Shown: positions 58,284-64,000 of the stretch, one piece after another
Position numbering within the stretch: position 1 is the stretch's first letter
Layout: the number at the start of each line of letters is the position of its first letter
Assembly: GCA_002269645.1 (NCBI GenBank)
Contig: NIVC01000546.1
Coordinates: 186,001 to 250,000, forward strand
Length of the DNA: 64,000 nt
Reading direction: 5' to 3'
DNA from: Macrostomum lignano
Lineage: Eukaryota
The notes under the pieces: model-generated
Databases searched by the model: none
Seen by the model: only the letters and a program-made list of their open reading frames with translations
Told to the model about the DNA's origin: nothing
Program-made: the position numbers and the translations under genes

Positions 58284-59484
58284 CTGTTCGGGGGGGGGGG
58301 GAGTTGGTTGAGTTTGGAGGCTGGAATCGGTTCGACTCAAGTCTCAAGTACTGTTACTGTCGAAACTCCAATCTGGGTAGCTGTAAGTAATAACTAGAGA
58401 TTCCATCAGTTGTTAGTAACCCCCAATCAAAGATCCCATCCCTAGTGAGGCTGCTGCATTTAGAATTTAGATACAAACTCGAGCCTTCAAAAACGAATTC
58501 CCATAGATCTGAAGTATGAAGTATTCTTATGTTTCAAGTGCTCGTTGCTCTTCAAAATATTGATTTTTATACGCGGTAATTGTCTCGTGGCCGATTAGAG
58601 AACGAAGCCCGCCATGGTGTCAGAGTTTTAAGAGTTTGTAGAAGTAGCTCTGCTAAATAATCTCTAGTCTAAACTTAAACAGCAAGCCGATCTGTTCATT
58701 ATCAGTGTAGAGGCCTGAGCAGGCGCAAGATTACGTAACTCAGCTCAGGAGAAAAAATAATAGAGAAGCATGAAAGCAGTGAAGCGAAAGTTGTAAAGCC
58801 TCGCGTAAAAAATGCTGCAAAACAGACTGCACGGATTTCTGCTGCCGAGATCGGGGAATGCTTTCTAGGAATAAAATTCATCTCGCCTCGCCCTTGCAAT
58901 TTAGCCGAATATCCGGGGAATATGCGGCTAAATAAATGCTGTATACATTTAGTATCAGTCATATGTTATTGCATATTGCAGGCGCACAAATAGATCTGTT
59001 CACTGAACCCGAAGTGTTGATATAGGGGGAACAGGAGAGATCGAGGAAGAGATGAAGAGCTCCGAAGCTCACCAAAATCAACTTCCTGTTGCAAAAGCAG
59101 CAATTTTTGCCGCTTGGCGAGAGAGAGGGCAAACATTTTAATAGTCTCAAACTATTTTTCGATCAGCTCTTTATTATGAGTTCGTTTACTACTCGGACAA
59201 TATTTTTAACGCTTTGCACCATTGAGCTCGATCAGACTGAGGGCGACGGTTATACCCCTGCGATCCATCATCTCAAACCCGGCCGATCAAGTCGGTGGCG
59301 GCGCTTGAGGAGCCGGACGGATTCTCATTAATCTCTCTCGTCAGTGCCCCAGGCGCTGGACCGTGTCCTATCAGAAGTTAAAAGTACAGACAGCTATACA
59401 CGGTCTGGCTGGCGGGAGAGATGGCAGTGCGCGAGTTGTACTTTAGTGAGAAGAAGTTATGGGGTGTCAGGATGGATTCGATGG

Positions 59485-60258
59485 GGGTATTGGGGTACAT
59501 CAGTTCGGGGTATTGTGGGTACATCAGTTCGGGGGTATTGGGGTACATCAGTTCGGGGGTATTGGGGTACATCAGTTCGGGGGTATTGGGTTGCATCAGT
59601 TCGGGGTATTGGGGTACATCAGTTCGGGGGTATTGGGGTACATCAGTTCGGGGGTATTGGGGTACATCAGTTCGGGGTATTGGGTTGCATCAGTTCGGGG
59701 GTATTGGGGTACATCAGTTCGGGGGTATTGGGGTACATCAGTTCGGGGTATTGGGGTACATCAGTTCGGGGTATTGGGGTACATCAGTTCGGGGGTATTG
59801 GGTTGCATCAGTTCGGGGGTATTGGGTTGCATCAGTTCGGGGGTATTGGGGTACATCAGTTCGGGGGTATTGGGGTACATCAGTTCGGGGGTATTGGGGT
59901 GCATCAGTTCGGGGGTATTGGGGTACATCAGTTCGGGGGTATTGGGTTGCATCAGTTCGGGGGTATTGGGTTGCATCAGTTCGGGGGTATTGGGGTACAT
60001 CAGTTCGGGGTATTGGGGTACATCAGTTCGGGGGTATTGGGGTGCATCAGTTCGGGGTATTGGGGTACATCAGTTCGGGGTATTGGGGTACATCAGTTCG
60101 GGGGTATTGAGGTGCATCAGTTCATGGGTATTGGGGTACAACAGTTCGGGGGTATTGGGGTACATCAGTTCGGGGGTATTGGGGTGCATCAGTTCGGGGG
60201 TATTGGGGTACATCAGTTCGGGGGTATTGGGGTGCATCAGTTCGGGGGTATTGGGGTA
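59485..60258. repeat. 23-24-bp G-rich minisatellite GGGGGTATTGGGGTACATCAGTTC
   Basis: Direct. Confidence 0.95.
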
Positions 60259-60744
60259 TCATAATTCTTTTGACTATTACTACCGAGTCTCAGACCGGCT
60301 AATCAATCGATTCCTCGCACTGCAGGCCTGTCATCGCAGAAGGCAATCCAAGGGACTGCAGTGAGGGGGTTGGAGGCTCATTAGCTTTGGGAATTTGCAC
60401 TTTTACTACAGCTGTATAAGCTTGTGTAACGTTGGCGCAGTGGAGTGGGCACTGAATGCTTTGGCTGGAAAGGAATCAGGCGTTACAGACACTGCAAGCT
60501 GGCAATGCAGACAGCATAGTAGGCCTCATTTTTCATTTTGGCATGACTTGTTTCCGCTCTGGCCTTAGTGTGGCTGGCACCCTGTTGGTACCGTATTTAC
60601 ATTGTTTGTAGGCCCTGATTGCCTGCAACACTGGGAATTAGCCAAGCCAGGCTAAGCAAAAATACGGAAGTATCTCTTCCCTCTCTTAAATCCTGACTGT
60701 TTTACTTTGGTCAGCTGCTTTCAGTCTTCATCTCTCATACTCTA

Positions 60745-63185
60745 AAATCGCTGAGTTCTCATTGTGTCTCTGTTACTCTGAGATCTCTGACATCTCACTG
60801 TGTCTCTCTTACTCTGAGATCTCTGACATCTCACTGTGTCTCTCTTACTCTGAGATCTCTGACATCTCACTGTGTCTCTCTTACTCTGAGATCTCTGAGA
60901 TCTCACTGTGTCTCTCCTACTCTGAGATCTCTGACATCTCACTGTGTCTCGGTTACTCTGAGATCTCTGACATCTCACTGTGCCTCTGTTACCCTGAGAT
61001 CTCTGAGATCTCACTGTGTCTCTCTTACTCCGAGATCTCTGAGATCTCTGAGATCTCACTGTGTCTCTCTTACTCTGAGATCCCTGAGATCTCACTGTGT
61101 CTCTCTTACTCTGAGATCTCTGAGATCTCACTGTGTCTCTCTTACTCCGAGATCTCTGAGATCTCTGAGATCTCACTGTTTCTCTCTTACTCTGAGATCC
61201 CTGAGATCTCACTGTGTCTCTCTTACTCTGAGATCTCTGAGATCTCACTGTGTCTCTCCTACTCTGAGATCTCTGACATCTCACTGTGTCTCGGTTACTC
61301 TGAGATCTCTGACATCTCACTGTGCCTCTGTTACCCTGAGATCTCTGAGATCTCACTGTGTCTCTCTTACTCCGAGATCTCTGAGATCTCTGAGATCTCA
61401 CTGTGTCTCTCTTACTCTGAGATCCCTGAGATCTCACTGTGTCTCTCTTACTCTGAGATCTCTGAGATCTCACTGTGTCTCTCTTACTCCGAGATCTCTG
61501 AGATCTCTGAGATCTCACTGTTTCTCTCTTACTCTGAGATCCCTGAGATCTCACTGTGTCTCTCTTACTCTGAGATCTCTGAGATCTCACTGTGTCTCTC
61601 TTACTCTGAGATCTCTGAGATCTCAATGTGTCTCTGTTACTCTGTGATCTCTGACATCTCACTGTGTCTCTCTTACTCTGAGATCTCTGAGATCTCACTG
61701 TGTCTCTCTTACTCTGAGATCTCTGAGATCTCACTGTGTCTCTCTTACTCTGAGATCTCTGAGATCTCACTGTGTCTCTCTTACTCTGAGATCTCTGAGA
61801 TCTCACTGTGTCTCTCCTACTCTGAGATCTCTGACATCTCACTGTGTCTCTCTTACTCTGAGATCTCTGAGATCTCACTGTGTCTCTCTTACTCTGAGAT
61901 CTCTGAGATCTCACTATGTCTCTGTTACTCTGAGATCTCTGACATCTCACTGTGTCTCTCTTACTCTGAGATCTCTGAGATCTCAATGTGTCTCTGTTAC
62001 TCTGAGATCTCTGAGATCTCACTGTGTCTCTGTTACTCTGAGATCTCTGAGATCTCACTGTGTCTCTCTTACTCTGAGATCTCTGACATCTCACTGTGTC
62101 TCTCTTACTCTGAGATCTCTGAGATCTCACTGTGTCTCTCTTACTCTGAGATCTCTGAGATCTCAATGTGTCTCTGTTACTCTGAGATCTCTGAGATCTC
62201 ACTGTGTCTCTCTTACTCCGAGATCTCTGAGATCTCACTGTCTCTCTTACTCTGAGATCTCCGGGATCTCAGATCTCACTGTGTGTCTCTTACTCCGAGA
62301 TCTCTGGGATCTCACTGTGTGTCTCTTACTCCGAGATCTCTGAGATCTCACTGTGTCTCTGTTACTCTGAGATCTCTGAGATCTCACTGTGTCTCTCTTA
62401 CTCTGAGATCTCTGACATCTCACTGTGTCTCTCTTACTCCGAGATCTCTGAGATCTCACTGTCTCTCTTACTCTGAGATCTCCGGGATCTCAGATCTCAC
62501 TGTGTCTCTCTTACTCTGAGATCTCTGAGATCTCACTGTGTGTCTCTTACTCCGAGATCTCTGGGATCTCACTGTGTGTCTCTTACTCCGAGATCTCTGG
62601 GATCTCAGATCCCACTGTGTCTCTTACTCTGAGATCTCTGGGATCTCACTGTGTGTCTCTTACTCCGAGATCTCTGGGATCTCACTGTGTGTCTCTTACT
62701 CCGAGATCTCTGAGATCTCACTATGTCTCTCTTACTCCGAGATCACTGAGATCTCACTGTGTCTCTGTTACTCTGAGATCTCTGAGATCTCACTGTGTCT
62801 CTCTTACTCTGAGATCTCTGACATCTCACTGTGTCTCTCTTACTCTGAGATCTCTGAGATCTCACTGTGTCTCTCTTACTCTGAGATCTCTGAGATCTCA
62901 ATGTGTCTCTGTTACTCTGAGATCTCTGAGATCTCACTGTGTCTCTCTTACTCCGAGATCTCTGAGATCTCACTGTCTCTCTTACTCTGAGATCTCCGGG
63001 ATCTCAGATCTCACTGTGTCTCTCTTACTCTGAGATCTCTGAGATCTCACTGTGTGTCTCTTACTCCGAGATCTCTGGGATCTCACTGTGTGTCTCTTAC
63101 TCCGAGATCTCTGAGATCTCACTGTGTCTCTCTTACTCCGAGATCTCTGAGATCTCACTCCCTCTCACACCCAGAGATCTCACTG
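60745..63185. repeat. 2.4-kb minisatellite, 36-bp unit CTGAGATCTCTGAGATCTCACTGTGTCTCTCTTACT
   Basis: Direct; internal palindrome GAGATCTC. Confidence 0.96.
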
Positions 63186-63739
63186 TCTCTGACAGTCTTT
63201 GTCTCTTTCATATTTCATTTACAACATGGAATTGAAATTCCAGCTGTCTTTGTTTCACCACGAGGACATCTTTGTGCAGGGCAGAGATTGGTGATAGGGA
63301 TCCGCATGACAGTCCTGACCCACATCGCAATTTGTCTTGAATCTCTGTTTGCACAACAAGCGTTGCGAAATGGGGTGTCCCTTGGGGGGCCGAGGCAGCA
63401 GTTGTGAGGTCACAGTAATATGCGTTAGGCCTATATGTATACAGCCTCAAATCCCCAGGGAAATTAATAAGCCTATCTGTTGCCAACCCGACAGTTGACC
63501 TTCAACAATCTGGCAGATATATTCAAGATCCATGGCGATCTGTATGGTTCAGGGACCCTTGGCTAGCCTGGATTGGAAGTCGATAATGTTTTTGAAGGCT
63601 TAATTTTGTTTAAAAAAAGTATCCTGTAATTATAATTTTTTAAAGTTCCCATGCACAACATAGTCAAGTCCTGATATATGATGTCGAGTATGAAGGTGCT
63701 TTATATTTATTTGCCAAGCTATTGCATCTCTTGAATGCG

Positions 63740-63985
63740 CAGCGGGTGGGTTTCACAAACGCGAAATTTCACAACCGCTAAATCACCTACTTTCACAACC
63801 GCGAAACTTCATAACCGCTAAAAAGACTGTTGTATATGAAAGTAAGTGCAAAAAATTTAGCGGTTGTGAATTTTCGCGGCTGTGAAAGTGACTACAAAAA
63901 ATTTAGCGGTTGTGAAGTTTCGCGTTTATGAAAGCAAGTGCTTTTAGCGGTTGTGAAATTTCGCGTTTGTGAAACCCACCCGTTG
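63740..63985. mobile_element. 246-bp MITE with about 44-bp TIRs
   Basis: CAGCGGGTGGGTTTCACAAACGCGAAATTTCACAACCGCTAAA and its inverse; internal TTCACAACCGC repeats; GCG on both flanks (possible 3-bp TSD). Confidence 0.8.
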
Positions 63986-64000
63986 GCGCTACAGCTTGTT

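Noticed and set aside
59040-63500. Further exons of the FN3 gene or a plus-strand gene (e.g. 59063-59075 microexon, 60328-60362, ORF 63208-63486)
   Set aside because: Splice-like signals exist, but no phase-consistent chain or homology could be established.

Overview
Animal genomic DNA, not prokaryotic. It has GT-AG introns, GC-rich exons in AT-rich spacers, and a minisatellite in most introns. This architecture suggests a Macrostomum-like flatworm (inference only). Host genes: the first exon of an unidentified minus-strand gene (557-764); a plus-strand run of four genes (alanine-aminotransferase-like with substituted catalytic residues, TRMT10C-like, TMEM242, SDR16C-family dehydrogenase); an IQSEC/BRAG ArfGEF; a weakly supported small minus-strand gene beside E2F/CHR motifs; and the 3' end of an FN3 gene with a GPI-type tail. 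Mobile elements: a full-length Loa-like LINE (12-bp TSD), a very young Bel/Pao LTR element inside an intronic minisatellite (5-bp TSD), a non-coding TRIM-like LTR element (5-bp TSD), nested MITEs and a terminal MITE. About 24 tandem arrays account for most long ORFs in the track, which are artefacts. No CRISPR, tRNA or rRNA was recognised. All homology calls are by eye from remembered family motifs; no searches were run.
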